A stretch of 64,000 nucleotides of DNA from Tannerella sp. GTDB taxonomy: Bacteria; Bacteroidota; Bacteroidia; Bacteroidales; Tannerellaceae. Of this stretch, positions 29,088 to 38,573 are shown in pieces; the first letter of the stretch is position 1, and each line of letters opens with the position of its first letter. Both the position numbers and the translations under genes were made by a program. The stretch spans positions 6,262 to 70,261 of the forward strand of contig JAISNP010000045.1 in NCBI GenBank assembly GCA_031276175.1. The letters are read 5' to 3'. The notes beneath the pieces are model-generated. The model made no database searches, was not told the origin of the DNA, and worked only from the letters and a program-made list of their open reading frames with translations.

Positions 29088-29869
29088 ACAAAGCAGCCGG
29101 GGAAACGGAGCGGCTTATCCGTCCGGAACAGTCCGAAAACGGACGATCCCGATCCGGACATCGACGCATACAGGGCGCCTTCGGCATAGAGCCTGTTCTT
29201 GATTTCGCCGATAACGGGACAGCGTGCGAAAATACTTTCTTCAAAATCGTTGGTCAGCGCTTCCCGCCATTCCGTAACGGGGCGCGATATGATTTCGCGC
29301 AGCGGACGAGCCGGTTTCGAAGGATTGACGTGCCGGTAAGCCTCGCGTGTGGAGACGCTCGCGTCGGGTTTGACGATATATAATGTGTAGCCTTTCAGCG
29401 ACAGCGGCAGGGATTCGAACACATTGCCCGTGCCGGTGGCAAGGACAGGCTTGTTGCGGATGAAAAACGGACAGTCGGCGCCGATGCCCGCCGCGATTTC
29501 TTCCAGCTCCGCGTCGTCGAGATGCAGTCCGGCAAACGTGTTCAGCAGTTTCAGCATAAAGGCGGCATCTGCCGAGCCGCCGCCCAGTCCTGCTCCGGGA
29601 GGGATATTTTTTTTAAGATAGACGGCCGGCGACGGGAGGAGATGTTTTTCTTTCAGCGCGTGCAGCGCTTTCATGACCAGATTGTTTTCGGGAGCGACGT
29701 CCGGCAGGATGCCGCACTGCGTGAACGAGGGTTGGTCGGCGCGGACTACTTCGAGCGCATCACGGAGCGGGACGGGATAGAACACGGTTTCGATGTTGTG
29801 ATAGCCGTCAGGCCGTTTGCCGGTCACGTGCAGCCCCAGATTAATCTTTGCGTTCGGGAAGCAGATCAT
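29051..29869 (-). CDS. ispE: 4-(cytidine 5'-diphospho)-2-C-methyl-D-erythritol kinase
   Basis: 272 aa, starting KINLGLHV, with the GHMP kinase motif PPGAGLGGGSADAA. Confidence 0.9.
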   Translation of the reverse strand: MICFPNAKINLGLHVTGKRPDGYHNIETVFYPVPLRDALEVVRADQPSFTQCGILPDVAPENNLVMKALHALKEKHLLPSPAVYLKKNIPPGAGLGGGSADAAFMLKLLNTFAGLHLDDAELEEIAAGIGADCPFFIRNKPVLATGTGNVFESLPLSLKGYTLYIVKPDASVSTREAYRHVNPSKPARPLREIISRPVTEWREALTNDFEESIFARCPVIGEIKNRLYAEGALYASMSGSGSSVFGLFRTDKPLRFPGCFVWKGMLEQESLN

Positions 29870-29887
29870 GTGCGGCGCGGATGTGTA

Positions 29888-31177
29888 TTAACGACCGGAA
29901 TTGCGAGAATTCCGCCGTTCGTTTGAGGAAGCGTGCGAAGAGTTTCGATTCCCCGGTCGCGCCGTTTTTGCGCCGTGCGCATTGCCCGGTTTCCGGCCGC
30001 GCGCGTGTCCGCGGTTTTTGTCGGGTTCGTAGGCGGGGACTTCTCCGAACGAAGGGTCGATGGGTATCTTGTAAATCGTTTTGCCGAGGAAGGTTTCGAT
30101 TCCCTTGAAGCGGCTTTGCTCATCTACGCCTACGAATGTAATGGCCACGCCTTCGCCGTTAGTGCCGCGCGCCGTCCGGCCGATGCGGTGCACGTAGTCC
30201 TCCGGGTCGTGCGGAATGTCATAGTTGACGATGAGGCTGATGTCGGTGATGTCGATGCCTCGCGAAACCACGTCGGTGGCCACAAGGATGTCCGTATGTT
30301 TGTTCTTAAAATCTTTCATCACCTGTTCGCGTTCCGCCTGCTCAAGGTCGGAGTGCATGGCGCGGACGTTGAAGCCCATGTTGCGGAGCGTAACGGCCAG
30401 TTCTTTGACTTTCATTTTGGAGGATGAGAACACGATGACGCGTTGCGGGTTGCTTTCTTTGAAGAGGTTTCGCAGGACGGGCAGTTTTTGCGACTCATAG
30501 CAGATGTATGCCGATTGCAGGATGGCATCGGGCGGTCGTGCGATGGCGATTTTTACTTCTACCGGGTCTTTGAGTATTGCCTGAGCCAGTTTTTTGATTT
30601 TGGGCGGCATGGTTGCGGAAAACATGATGATCTGGCAGTTTGAGGGGAGATGCCTGTATATTTGCATTATGTCGTCGCTGAACCCCATGTCCAACATGCG
30701 GTCTGCCTCGTCGAGGATAAAGAACGAAACCTTGGAGAGGTCAACGCTGCCCATGTTCAGATGGCTGAGTAGCCGTCCGGGCGTGGCAATCACGATGTCG
30801 GCGCCCATCCGCAGGCCGCGTTCCTGCTGCGAGTATGCAATGCCGTCCGTTCCGCCGTAGACGGCTACTGCCGAGACGGGGACGTAGTAAGAAAATCCTT
30901 CGATCTGCTGGTCGATCTGTTGCGCCAGTTCGCGTGTGGGAGACATGATCACGGCGTTGATGGCGTCGGACGGGTATCCGCCCTTGCTCAGCTCGTTGAG
31001 TACGGGCAGCACGTAGGCCGCCGTCTTGCCCGAGCCGGTCTGTGCAAAGCCCATAATGTCTTTCCCCTCCAGTATGGGAGGGATCGACAGTTCCTGTATG
31101 GGCGTCGTTTCTTCAAAGTGCATGGCATACAAGCCGTCCAGTATGGCATTTTCCAGATTCAGTTCGTCAAATCTCAT
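29888..31177 (-). CDS. DEAD-box ATP-dependent RNA helicase
   Basis: Q motif, AQTGSGKT, DEAD, SAT and HRIGRTAR motifs, plus a basic C-terminal tail. Confidence 0.92.
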   Translation of the reverse strand: MRFDELNLENAILDGLYAMHFEETTPIQELSIPPILEGKDIMGFAQTGSGKTAAYVLPVLNELSKGGYPSDAINAVIMSPTRELAQQIDQQIEGFSYYVPVSAVAVYGGTDGIAYSQQERGLRMGADIVIATPGRLLSHLNMGSVDLSKVSFFILDEADRMLDMGFSDDIMQIYRHLPSNCQIIMFSATMPPKIKKLAQAILKDPVEVKIAIARPPDAILQSAYICYESQKLPVLRNLFKESNPQRVIVFSSSKMKVKELAVTLRNMGFNVRAMHSDLEQAEREQVMKDFKNKHTDILVATDVVSRGIDITDISLIVNYDIPHDPEDYVHRIGRTARGTNGEGVAITFVGVDEQSRFKGIETFLGKTIYKIPIDPSFGEVPAYEPDKNRGHARGRKPGNAHGAKTARPGNRNSSHASSNERRNSRNSGR

Positions 31178-31235
31178 AAGTTCGTAAATTAATGGTTTTG
31201 TGCATTATTTTCATTTATCGGTGAAAAAAGATGCG

Positions 31236-31243
31236 CAAATGTA
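31236..31243 (-). promoter_or_regulatory. -7 promoter box (TACATTTG on minus strand)
   Basis: Matches TAnnTTTG about 60 nt upstream of the helicase start. Confidence 0.45.
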
Positions 31244-31420
31244 CGTAAAATCTTTGATACCGTACACAGTCAAATAAAAATAGGCGTGAGGGCGCGGTGC
31301 GCGGTGCGCGATGTGCGATACGTGTCTTGTGTCTACCGGCATGGTTGGTTTTCTTTGTTGCAGATTGCGGTTTTCATCCGATTGCGGTTGCATGTACGAT
31401 ATGTGTATTGAAAAAACATC

Positions 31421-31428
31421 TACCTTTG
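31421..31428 (+). promoter_or_regulatory. -7 promoter box TACCTTTG
   Basis: Matches TAnnTTTG 36 nt before the ATG at 31464. Confidence 0.55.
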
Positions 31429-31463
31429 CACGACAGTGATTAGAAAAACGAAAGGAGATTGAG

Positions 31464-31835
31464 ATGATGAAAAAATGTATGCTTGCGCTCGTGTTCATGT
31501 CTGTCGTGCGGTTGTATGCGGCCGATATTTCGGTCATATCGCGCGCATTTGCTACGGGCGAGGTGGCTCCGCTGGCCGTGTGTATGGATGCGGAGGTGGA
31601 TATTGCGGTGCAGGATAAGACGCGGAAAGCGGATGCGACGGAGGCGGTTGCCCGCCTGACGCGTTTTTTTGAGGCGAACAGGCCCGGCGGCTTCACGGTG
31701 GCGCACCATGCCGAGCGTGACGGAAGCGGCTTTGTGGTCGGCAAGCTGGCGGCGGGCGGCGGCGAATTCAGGGTGAATATTGCCTATGTGGTTAAAGACG
31801 GCAAGGTGGTAATACAATCTGTACGTATCGAATGA
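31464..31835 (+). CDS. DUF4783-like secreted protein
   Basis: 123 aa with a signal peptide. It overlaps nadC by 4 bp, the usual Bacteroidetes pairing. Confidence 0.65.
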   Translation: MMKKCMLALVFMSVVRLYAADISVISRAFATGEVAPLAVCMDAEVDIAVQDKTRKADATEAVARLTRFFEANRPGGFTVAHHAERDGSGFVVGKLAAGGGEFRVNIAYVVKDGKVVIQSVRIE

Positions 31836-32689
31836 AAACGCCCGACAGACTTATTGACGCGCTTATATCGCTGTCGTTTGCCGAAGATGTGGGCGAGGGC
31901 GATCACAGCACTTTGTGCTGCATTCCCGACGGGGCAACGGGGCGGAGCCGCCTGATGGTGAAGGAGGCCGGCGTGCTGGCCGGCGTGGAGGCGGCGATAC
32001 GCATTTTCAGGCATTTCGATCGGGAGCTGGCGGTCGACGTCGTGCTCGGCGACGGGGCGGAGGTGCGGCGCGGCGATGTGGCCTTTACGGTGGCGGGGCG
32101 CGTGCGGTCGCTGCTGCAAACCGAGCGGCTTGTGCTCAACGTGATGCAGCGCATGAGCGGCATCGCTACCACTACCCGCCGCTACGTGGCGGCGCTCGAA
32201 GGGACGCATACGCGCGTGCTCGATACGCGCAAGACGACTCCCGGAATGCGCCTTTGGGAAAAGGAGGCCGTGCGCATCGGCGGCGGCGTGAATCACCGCA
32301 TCGGGCTTTTCGACATGATACTGCTCAAGGACAATCATGTCGATTTTGCGGGCGGCATTGCGCAGGCCATATCGCGCGCGCAGGCTTACCTGAAAGAAGA
32401 GGGGAAGAGCCTGAAGATCGAGATCGAAGTCCGCAGCCTCGACGAGCTGGACGAGGCGTTGCGGGCGGGCGGGATAGACCGCATCATGCTCGACAACTTC
32501 GATCTTGCGGATACGCGGGAGGCCGTGCGGCGCGTGGGCGGACGTTTTGAGACCGAATCGTCGGGCGGCATCACCTTCGACACCCTGCGCAGCTATGCCG
32601 AGTGCGGCGTTGATTTCATTTCCGTCGGCGCGCTGACCCATTCCGTAAAAAGCCTCGACATGAGCCTCAAAGCGGTAAGGGCGCGCTGA
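31832..32689 (+). CDS. nadC: Nicotinate-nucleotide diphosphorylase (carboxylating)
   Basis: 285 aa of QPRTase type with the motifs LDTRKTTPG and MLDNF. Confidence 0.93.
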   Translation: MKTPDRLIDALISLSFAEDVGEGDHSTLCCIPDGATGRSRLMVKEAGVLAGVEAAIRIFRHFDRELAVDVVLGDGAEVRRGDVAFTVAGRVRSLLQTERLVLNVMQRMSGIATTTRRYVAALEGTHTRVLDTRKTTPGMRLWEKEAVRIGGGVNHRIGLFDMILLKDNHVDFAGGIAQAISRAQAYLKEEGKSLKIEIEVRSLDELDEALRAGGIDRIMLDNFDLADTREAVRRVGGRFETESSGGITFDTLRSYAECGVDFISVGALTHSVKSLDMSLKAVRAR

Positions 32690-32752
32690 CCGGCGAGGGT
32701 TGGCCTTCGCTTTTTTATTTTCCGAAATATATTTGATTTACGCCGCGAGGCG

Positions 32753-33151
32753 CTCGCTGTCTTCCGCGAGCGTCTCGCTGTCTTTCGCGAAGGTCTCGCT
32801 GTCTTCCGCGAGATGTGCGGGGACGTACCCGAAGGTTTCGGGGACATACCCGAAGATTTCGGGGACATTAGCGAGACGCGCGGGGACATACCCGAAGGTT
32901 GCGGGGACAGTCGCGAGATGCGCGGGGACATACCCGCGATGTGCGGGGACATACCCGGAACGCGCGGGGACATACCCGCGATGCGCGGGGACAGTCGCGA
33001 GACGTGCGGGGACATACCCGCGATGCGCGGGTATGTTAGCGAGACGTGCGGGGACATACCCGAAGGTTGCGGGGACATACCCGGAACGTGCGGGGACATA
33101 TCCGGAACGTGCGGGGACATATCCGCGCGTCGCGGGGGCGTTCGCGGCGTT
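32753..33151. repeat. Tandem array C: 19 units of exactly 21 bp; 3 array-A-type units followed by 16 GCGGGGACATACCCG-type units including hybrids
   Basis: Unit starts run 32753, 32774, 32795, 32816, 32837 ... 33131. The phase is kept across the change of unit type. Confidence 0.95.
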
Positions 33152-33168
33152 GGGGCGAGGGGCGGGGT

Positions 33169-34890
33169 TTAGCGGCAGTTTTCCCGGATCAGTTTTTTGA
33201 CTACCGGGTCGCCGAGCGTTTCGGCTTTTCGGAAGGCGCGGCAGGCTTCGTCTTTCCTGTCCATACGCAGGTGGCATATGCCGAGCAGTCGGTGGGAGGG
33301 GGCGAATTCGGGGTCGATGTCGAGCGCTTTTTCGGCGCAGATTTGCGCCTTGTCGGGTTCTTGTCGGCGGAGGTAGACGGAGGCCATTTCGGCATGGTAG
33401 ACGGCGTTGTCGGGAGCCATGTCGATGGCGGAGCGGATGTCGCTCAGTGCGCCGTCGAGGTCGCCGCTTCTGAACTTTGCCTGTTCGCGGAGGTAGTAGA
33501 AGGCGTCGGAGACGTTGCCGGCCATGAGGCTGAAGCATTGGTCGTAGTCTTTGACGGCAGCTTCGTACATGCCTGCTTCCATTTTCAGCTCGGCGCTTTC
33601 CGTAAGGTAGGGCATCGTTTCGGATGGTAGGCTTTCGGCGGCGGCGCTGTCGATGAGTGCGATTACTTCGGCGGGGTTGTGTCCGGGTATTTGCTGTTTT
33701 GCTTTTGCGGCCATGTAGTAGGAGGCTGCGGAGGCGTCGGGGGAGCGGTTGACGGTCATATAGGCGAGGAAGGCTTGCTCGCAGTCGCCGTTGTAGAGGG
33801 CGATGTCGCCTTCCAACTGGTGGAAGGCCGGTCGGTCGTCTTCGTCGATGGCTTTGCGGAGGTATTCTGCGGCGTCGGTCATGTTCCAGCCTTGGGGCAG
33901 GGGGAGGGAGTCTGCTGCTGCGACGGCGTATATCAGTCCGGCGTGGTTGTAGCAGGTTTCGGCTGCGTCTTGTCCGGCGTATTTCAGCGCGGTATTCATG
34001 TCTTCTTCGGCCAGGGCGAGCATATGCAGTTGTCCGGCTTCGGTGTCGGCCAGTTCGTGTCGTCGCCGTGCGTAGTGCGCGGCTCTTCGGGTGTATCCGT
34101 CGGCGATGTGGGGGAAATGTGCGATGAAGTCGTTCAGCGTTTCCAGATAAGCGCGGGCGTCTTGCTGCGAGGCGTAGAGCAGCAGGGCGACTTGTGCGTC
34201 CTGCAGTGTTTCCGGCCACGATTTGCGGATGCCGATGTCGGTGTAAGTTTTGTTCCACAGGTCCATGGAGCCGATGCGGAGGCTTAGGGCGTATGCGGCG
34301 GAGATGCCGAAGGTCATGTTTTTGCCCGATGCGTCGGCTTGCGTCAGGGCGAAGGCTTTGCCGTCGGGTGTCAGCAGGGGCAGGCTGAGGCGTCCGGTCG
34401 GGAGCGGCGTGTTGATTTTATAGTATCCGTAAGTGTCTTTGATTTTGGAGATTTCGAGTATGGCGCCTTTGGCGGGCGTTTCGTCTGCGGCGCCGAGGGG
34501 CGGGAGGATGTATGCTTCGGAGTTTGCGTCGGGGATTTCGTCGGCTACGGGGAGGAAGGGCGTTTTCTTTGGGGCGTCGACTTTGAAGCGTATGACGTCG
34601 TACATGTTGTCTGCTCCGAGTATGTGGGTAACGGCCATGGTGCGTCCGTCGGCATCCGTGACGAAGGCGCTTGTTGCGCCGTCGAAGAGGGTGTAGTCCG
34701 ATACCGCTTCGCCGTTTTCGCCGATGAAGAAGGCGTTTCCTTTGCGTGTGGTTCCGTTTTCGAGGCGCGTTTCGACGGTCAGCACGGTTTTTTTTGCTTT
34801 TTCGATCCATTTCGGCGGTTTTTGTTTCTGCGCCGTCGGCATGTGGCAATGTATGCAGAGGAGTATTGCCGGCAAAATTAATCTTTTCAT
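33169..34890 (-). CDS. TPR-repeat protein with N-terminal trypsin-like (apparently non-catalytic) beta-barrel domain
   Basis: 573 aa from MKRLILPAILL (signal peptide). The C-terminal half is TPR-like. The start is supported by the promoter box at 34924-34931. Confidence 0.7.
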   Translation of the reverse strand: MKRLILPAILLCIHCHMPTAQKQKPPKWIEKAKKTVLTVETRLENGTTRKGNAFFIGENGEAVSDYTLFDGATSAFVTDADGRTMAVTHILGADNMYDVIRFKVDAPKKTPFLPVADEIPDANSEAYILPPLGAADETPAKGAILEISKIKDTYGYYKINTPLPTGRLSLPLLTPDGKAFALTQADASGKNMTFGISAAYALSLRIGSMDLWNKTYTDIGIRKSWPETLQDAQVALLLYASQQDARAYLETLNDFIAHFPHIADGYTRRAAHYARRRHELADTEAGQLHMLALAEEDMNTALKYAGQDAAETCYNHAGLIYAVAAADSLPLPQGWNMTDAAEYLRKAIDEDDRPAFHQLEGDIALYNGDCEQAFLAYMTVNRSPDASAASYYMAAKAKQQIPGHNPAEVIALIDSAAAESLPSETMPYLTESAELKMEAGMYEAAVKDYDQCFSLMAGNVSDAFYYLREQAKFRSGDLDGALSDIRSAIDMAPDNAVYHAEMASVYLRRQEPDKAQICAEKALDIDPEFAPSHRLLGICHLRMDRKDEACRAFRKAETLGDPVVKKLIRENCR

Positions 34891-34923
34891 AGTTGTTTGG
34901 GAATTAAATGATGATTTGCGGTG

Positions 34924-34931
34924 CAAAAGTA
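34924..34931 (-). promoter_or_regulatory. -7 promoter box (TACTTTTG on minus strand)
   Basis: Matches TAnnTTTG about 34 nt upstream of the ATG at 34890. Confidence 0.55.
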
Positions 34932-35007
34932 GCGGTTCCGCAAGAATAATCCGCATGTCGGGACGGATTTTTTCCCGCGCGGCGTGGAGGTCGTCGGATG
35001 TGTCGGT

Positions 35008-35625
35008 TCAGAGCAGGCCTCTTTCGACGAGAATGACTACGCGCTCGGTGAGGGCGTCTTTGCCCTGGGGGTCGTATTTTGATTTGAGGCTGGCGCCGAA
35101 CATGCCGGCGAAGAAGTTCCAGAACGTGGCGCGGAAAGCGCCGAGATAGGCCGATACGAGGCGGTAGCTGCTTTGGTTACATTCGCGGTCGACGAGTTTT
35201 ATCAGCAGTTTGCCCTGTGCGAGCGTGAGTTTTTTCAGTTCCGGTTTGTATTCGCGAAACAGTTCTTTCTCCATTCGTTTGAGATGCGTTTCGCGCGCCT
35301 TGTCGTCGGGCAGCGTTTCGATGTATTCGTAGGTTTCGATAAGCGTTTCGTAGACTAATTTGGCGTAGGGCAGCGTTTTTTTGACGTCGCGGACGAGTTT
35401 GTCGTATTGTCGGCGTTCTTTTTCGTTTTTGAATACGAGTTCGGGGAAGACGTATACTTCGGGGAGCCATGCCGTGACGATCGTGTCCGTCCCGTCCACA
35501 TAGCAGGCGTAGATGCCTTCGGGGACGATCGGCTTTGAGTTCGGCGTCGTCTGGGCGAGTCCGGACAGGATGCCTGACGCGAGCAGTATACATGCGACGA
35601 GGGTGCGCGGCGGGTGGATGTGCAT
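35008..35625 (-). CDS. DUF4294-like protein
   Basis: 205 aa with a signal peptide and a conserved KLTLAQGKLLIKLVDRE block. Confidence 0.65.
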   Translation of the reverse strand: MHIHPPRTLVACILLASGILSGLAQTTPNSKPIVPEGIYACYVDGTDTIVTAWLPEVYVFPELVFKNEKERRQYDKLVRDVKKTLPYAKLVYETLIETYEYIETLPDDKARETHLKRMEKELFREYKPELKKLTLAQGKLLIKLVDRECNQSSYRLVSAYLGAFRATFWNFFAGMFGASLKSKYDPQGKDALTERVVILVERGLL

Positions 35626-35628
35626 GAT

Positions 35629-36024
35629 TCAGATGTCCCAGTAAGATCCTCCGATATATTTCCGCGTGGAGAGAGAAAGTATCTTGGAGGCATAAAATTC
35701 CGCTACGTTTTCTTTACCCAGTGTCATCTCTATTCCCTCCTTTTTGTTTATGAGGATAAAATGCGTTTCTGTTTCTTCGAGTTTGCAGGGAATCCTTTCT
35801 ATGCGGCAGCCGGTTCTGCTCAGGCCAAGCGTCATCGCATCTTCGGCGATGTGGATGTATACGGGCGCTCCTTCGATCAGGACTGCGCAGTGCATTTCTG
35901 TTTTTTCTCCTCTCGTGATTATTACGACTCCCCATTTGAGGTGGTCGACGACTATTCCGAAACGGGTGGCAAATGTTTCCAGACTCATGGGAGACATGCC
36001 GGTCATTAGTTCTTTAATATTCAT
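35629..36024 (-). CDS. Hypothetical protein
   Basis: 131-aa ORF with 3 intervening bp between it and the DUF4294-like gene. Its codon usage resembles its neighbours. I recognise no family. Confidence 0.5.
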   Translation of the reverse strand: MNIKELMTGMSPMSLETFATRFGIVVDHLKWGVVIITRGEKTEMHCAVLIEGAPVYIHIAEDAMTLGLSRTGCRIERIPCKLEETETHFILINKKEGIEMTLGKENVAEFYASKILSLSTRKYIGGSYWDI

Positions 36025-36055
36025 ATTGTATATGTTACATGTGTGATGATGCGAT

Positions 36056-36730
36056 TTATTTCCGGACGATTTTCATGGATTTGATTTTTATGTTTTTGAG
36101 CGGCCTGTCGTGTTCGTTGACGGGCATGAACTGTATTTTGTCGACGGTTTTCATTCCGCCGACTACTTCGCCGAATATGGTGTAGGCGCCGTCGAGATGC
36201 GGCACGCCTCCTTCGAGCATGTATGCCCGTCGCTGTTCGGGCGTGAGTTTGGTTTGTTTTTCGGCCTCCATTTTGTCGAGTTCACGCGCGGTGAAGAATT
36301 TTCCCGTGACGATGTAGAACTGTGTGGACGAAGAGGCTTTTTCGGGATTGGATTCGTCTTCCGTGCGGGCTGCGCACAGTTGTCCGCGCTTGTGGAAATA
36401 TTTGGGGTAGACGATTTCCGCAGGGATGGTGTAGTCGAGGCTGCCGTCGCCCAGCTTTTTGTCGACAGGCGCGTCTTTGGAATTGATGTCGCCGGCCTGA
36501 ATCATGAACTGGCTGATGACGCGGTGGAAAAGCAGGTTGTCGTACCGGCGTGCGTTCACGAGCTTTATGAAATTGTCGCGGTGCAGCGGCGTGTCGTTGT
36601 AGAGTTTTACTTTGATTTTTCCCTTGTTTGTGGCGATCAGCACGAAGGTTTCGTTTTCCTGCGCGCCGGCGTCGGCGCTCTGCAGGGCAAGGAGGCATCC
36701 GAGGAGGAGGATGTAAGCATATGATTTCAT
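36056..36730 (-). CDS. Peptidylprolyl isomerase, cyclophilin type
   Basis: 224 aa with a signal peptide and the motif FHRVISQFMIQAGD. Confidence 0.9.
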   Translation of the reverse strand: MKSYAYILLLGCLLALQSADAGAQENETFVLIATNKGKIKVKLYNDTPLHRDNFIKLVNARRYDNLLFHRVISQFMIQAGDINSKDAPVDKKLGDGSLDYTIPAEIVYPKYFHKRGQLCAARTEDESNPEKASSSTQFYIVTGKFFTARELDKMEAEKQTKLTPEQRRAYMLEGGVPHLDGAYTIFGEVVGGMKTVDKIQFMPVNEHDRPLKNIKIKSMKIVRK

Positions 36731-36750
36731 TTCGACCGGGTTTTATGTGT

Positions 36751-37653
36751 TTAAAATAATTGTTGGGGATATTCTCCGGCGTCCGTCAGTATCCGGAGCT
36801 TGTGCACTACGCCCGGCCGGTCTTCGCGGTAGGTTACGCCGAACCATCGGGACGTGGTGTCAAGTACTTTTACGACGGCTTTGCCGGTCGTCGTCAGTTC
36901 GTTTACCATGAGGGGTATGAAGTATTCGCTTTTGGGATTGTGCAGGTTGTCGCGGAGGAATTTTTTGAAGTATGCTTCGGAGTGCGCGAAATAGTCGGGG
37001 GTGAATCCCCACATGTTCATCGAGACGGGCGTGTTTTCGTCGAGGAATACGTTGTCGCCGTTGTCGTCTTTGAAGCAGATGCGTCCGTTGATGCGTGCGA
37101 TGGAGGTGCGTTCGGTGACGGCGGCGAGGTATCCGTTGTCGTCTACCCGGCAGACGCCTCTTGCTACCGTGCCCGATTCGCTGAGTGTGTTTCCGACGCG
37201 GAAGCCGACCATGCAGTACGTGTTTTCCATGCCTGCCGTTGCGGCGAGCGCTTTGCCGAGTACGGCGAAGCTGTCGCGCCCGTAGAAGTCGTCGGCATTG
37301 ATGACGGCGAACGGTTCTTTTATCACGTCTTTGCCCATCAGTACGGCGTGGTTTGTGCCCCAGGGTTTGGTGCGTTCGGGCGGGCGGGCGAATCCTTCGG
37401 GCAGTGTGTCGACGGATTGGAAGACGGTTTCTACGGGGAGGTGGTTTTCGTATCGGGAGAGTATGTTCCGCCGGAAATCGTCTTCAAAATCTTTGCGGAT
37501 GACGAATACCGCTTTGCCGAATCCGGCTCTGAGGGCGTCGAAGACGGAGTAGTCCATGATGGTTTCGCCGTTGGGGCCTACGCCGTCCAGTTGTTTCAGT
37601 CCGCCGTAGCGGCTTCCCATGCCTGCGGCGAGTACGAATAAAGTAGGTTTCAT
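36751..37653 (-). CDS. Sugar-phosphate nucleotidyltransferase family protein
   Basis: 300 aa from MKPTLFVLAAGMGSRYGG, the NTP-transferase G-loop. Confidence 0.8.
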   Translation of the reverse strand: MKPTLFVLAAGMGSRYGGLKQLDGVGPNGETIMDYSVFDALRAGFGKAVFVIRKDFEDDFRRNILSRYENHLPVETVFQSVDTLPEGFARPPERTKPWGTNHAVLMGKDVIKEPFAVINADDFYGRDSFAVLGKALAATAGMENTYCMVGFRVGNTLSESGTVARGVCRVDDNGYLAAVTERTSIARINGRICFKDDNGDNVFLDENTPVSMNMWGFTPDYFAHSEAYFKKFLRDNLHNPKSEYFIPLMVNELTTTGKAVVKVLDTTSRWFGVTYREDRPGVVHKLRILTDAGEYPQQLF

Positions 37654-37686
37654 ATGTGGTTTGTTATAATTGTGCATTAGCTGCGA

Positions 37687-37694
37687 CAAATTTA
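37687..37694 (-). promoter_or_regulatory. -7 promoter box (TAAATTTG on minus strand)
   Basis: Matches TAnnTTTG about 34 nt upstream of the ATG at 37653. Confidence 0.5.
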
Positions 37695-37705
37695 CGTGTT
37701 TTTTT

Positions 37706-38371
37706 TTAATGCGGGCAAAGGGGAGGTGAAAAATCGGGTGCATTTCCGTCGCGGCGGAGTATTTCGTTCAGCGCCGTGCGCCAGTCTTCGCCGTTGCGGA
37801 CGAGGTATGTGGCGAAACCGACTTGTTCGGCTGTGCGGATATTGTCTGCGCTGTCGTCGAGGAAGAGTGTTTCGGTCGGGGTGATGCCGCTGTCGCGCAC
37901 TGCGGTGCGGTAGATTTCGATGTCGGGTTTGACGCATTTCATTTCGTAGGAGAAGTATGTCTTGTCGAAGTAGTCGTTTATCGGCCGTCCTGCGGTCGAG
38001 AAGCGGCTTGTGCGCGCCCAGCGGTCTATCAGGATGGGGTTGTTGTTGCTCAGGAGGCAGGTGAAGTATTTTTTGCGCAGTGCGAGCAGGCAGTCGAGTA
38101 TGTGCGGGTCGGGCGGGTTGATGATGCTTTGCCATGCGTGTTCGATGTCCTGTCGCGGGATGTGCTTTCCGGCGTGGAGGCACAGGAGGCGGCAGAAGGT
38201 GTCGGCGTCGATGGCGCCGCTTTCGATGTCGAGGAAGATGCCGCGGTGGTGATAAGCGTCGATCAGTTGTTCGGCATCGTCTACTCCGATTGCCCGGAAG
38301 CGGCTGACGGCTCTGTCGCGACGGACTTCTACGATCACGCCGCCCATGTCGAAGATGATGTTTTTTATCAT
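37706..38371 (-). CDS. HAD-superfamily hydrolase
   Basis: 221 aa with motif I (IIFDMGGVIV) and motif IV (FLDDS). Confidence 0.8.
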   Translation of the reverse strand: MIKNIIFDMGGVIVEVRRDRAVSRFRAIGVDDAEQLIDAYHHRGIFLDIESGAIDADTFCRLLCLHAGKHIPRQDIEHAWQSIINPPDPHILDCLLALRKKYFTCLLSNNNPILIDRWARTSRFSTAGRPINDYFDKTYFSYEMKCVKPDIEIYRTAVRDSGITPTETLFLDDSADNIRTAEQVGFATYLVRNGEDWRTALNEILRRDGNAPDFSPPLCPH

Positions 38372-38396
38372 TCGGTATATATTAATGATGAGGGTG

Positions 38397-38404
38397 CAAA
38401 GATA
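38397..38404 (-). promoter_or_regulatory. -7 promoter box (TATCTTTG on minus strand)
   Basis: Matches TAnnTTTG about 26 nt upstream of the ATG at 38371. Confidence 0.55.
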
Positions 38405-38524
38405 GTTGAATTTTCGTGAGCGGGGTGGGGGAGAGGGTTGCGGTTGTGCGGGCGGCGTGTTTTCGTGAGCGGGCGGCGGGATTGAATTGTGTCTTCTTTT
38501 GTTTACGGGACGGAACAAAACGAG

Positions 38525-38532
38525 TATCTTTG
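38525..38532 (+). promoter_or_regulatory. -7 promoter box TATCTTTG for cls
   Basis: Matches TAnnTTTG 42 nt before the ATG at 38574. Confidence 0.55.
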
Positions 38533-38573
38533 CGGAAACATGGCCGTTTTTACGGCGAAGGGTTATTTTGTTT

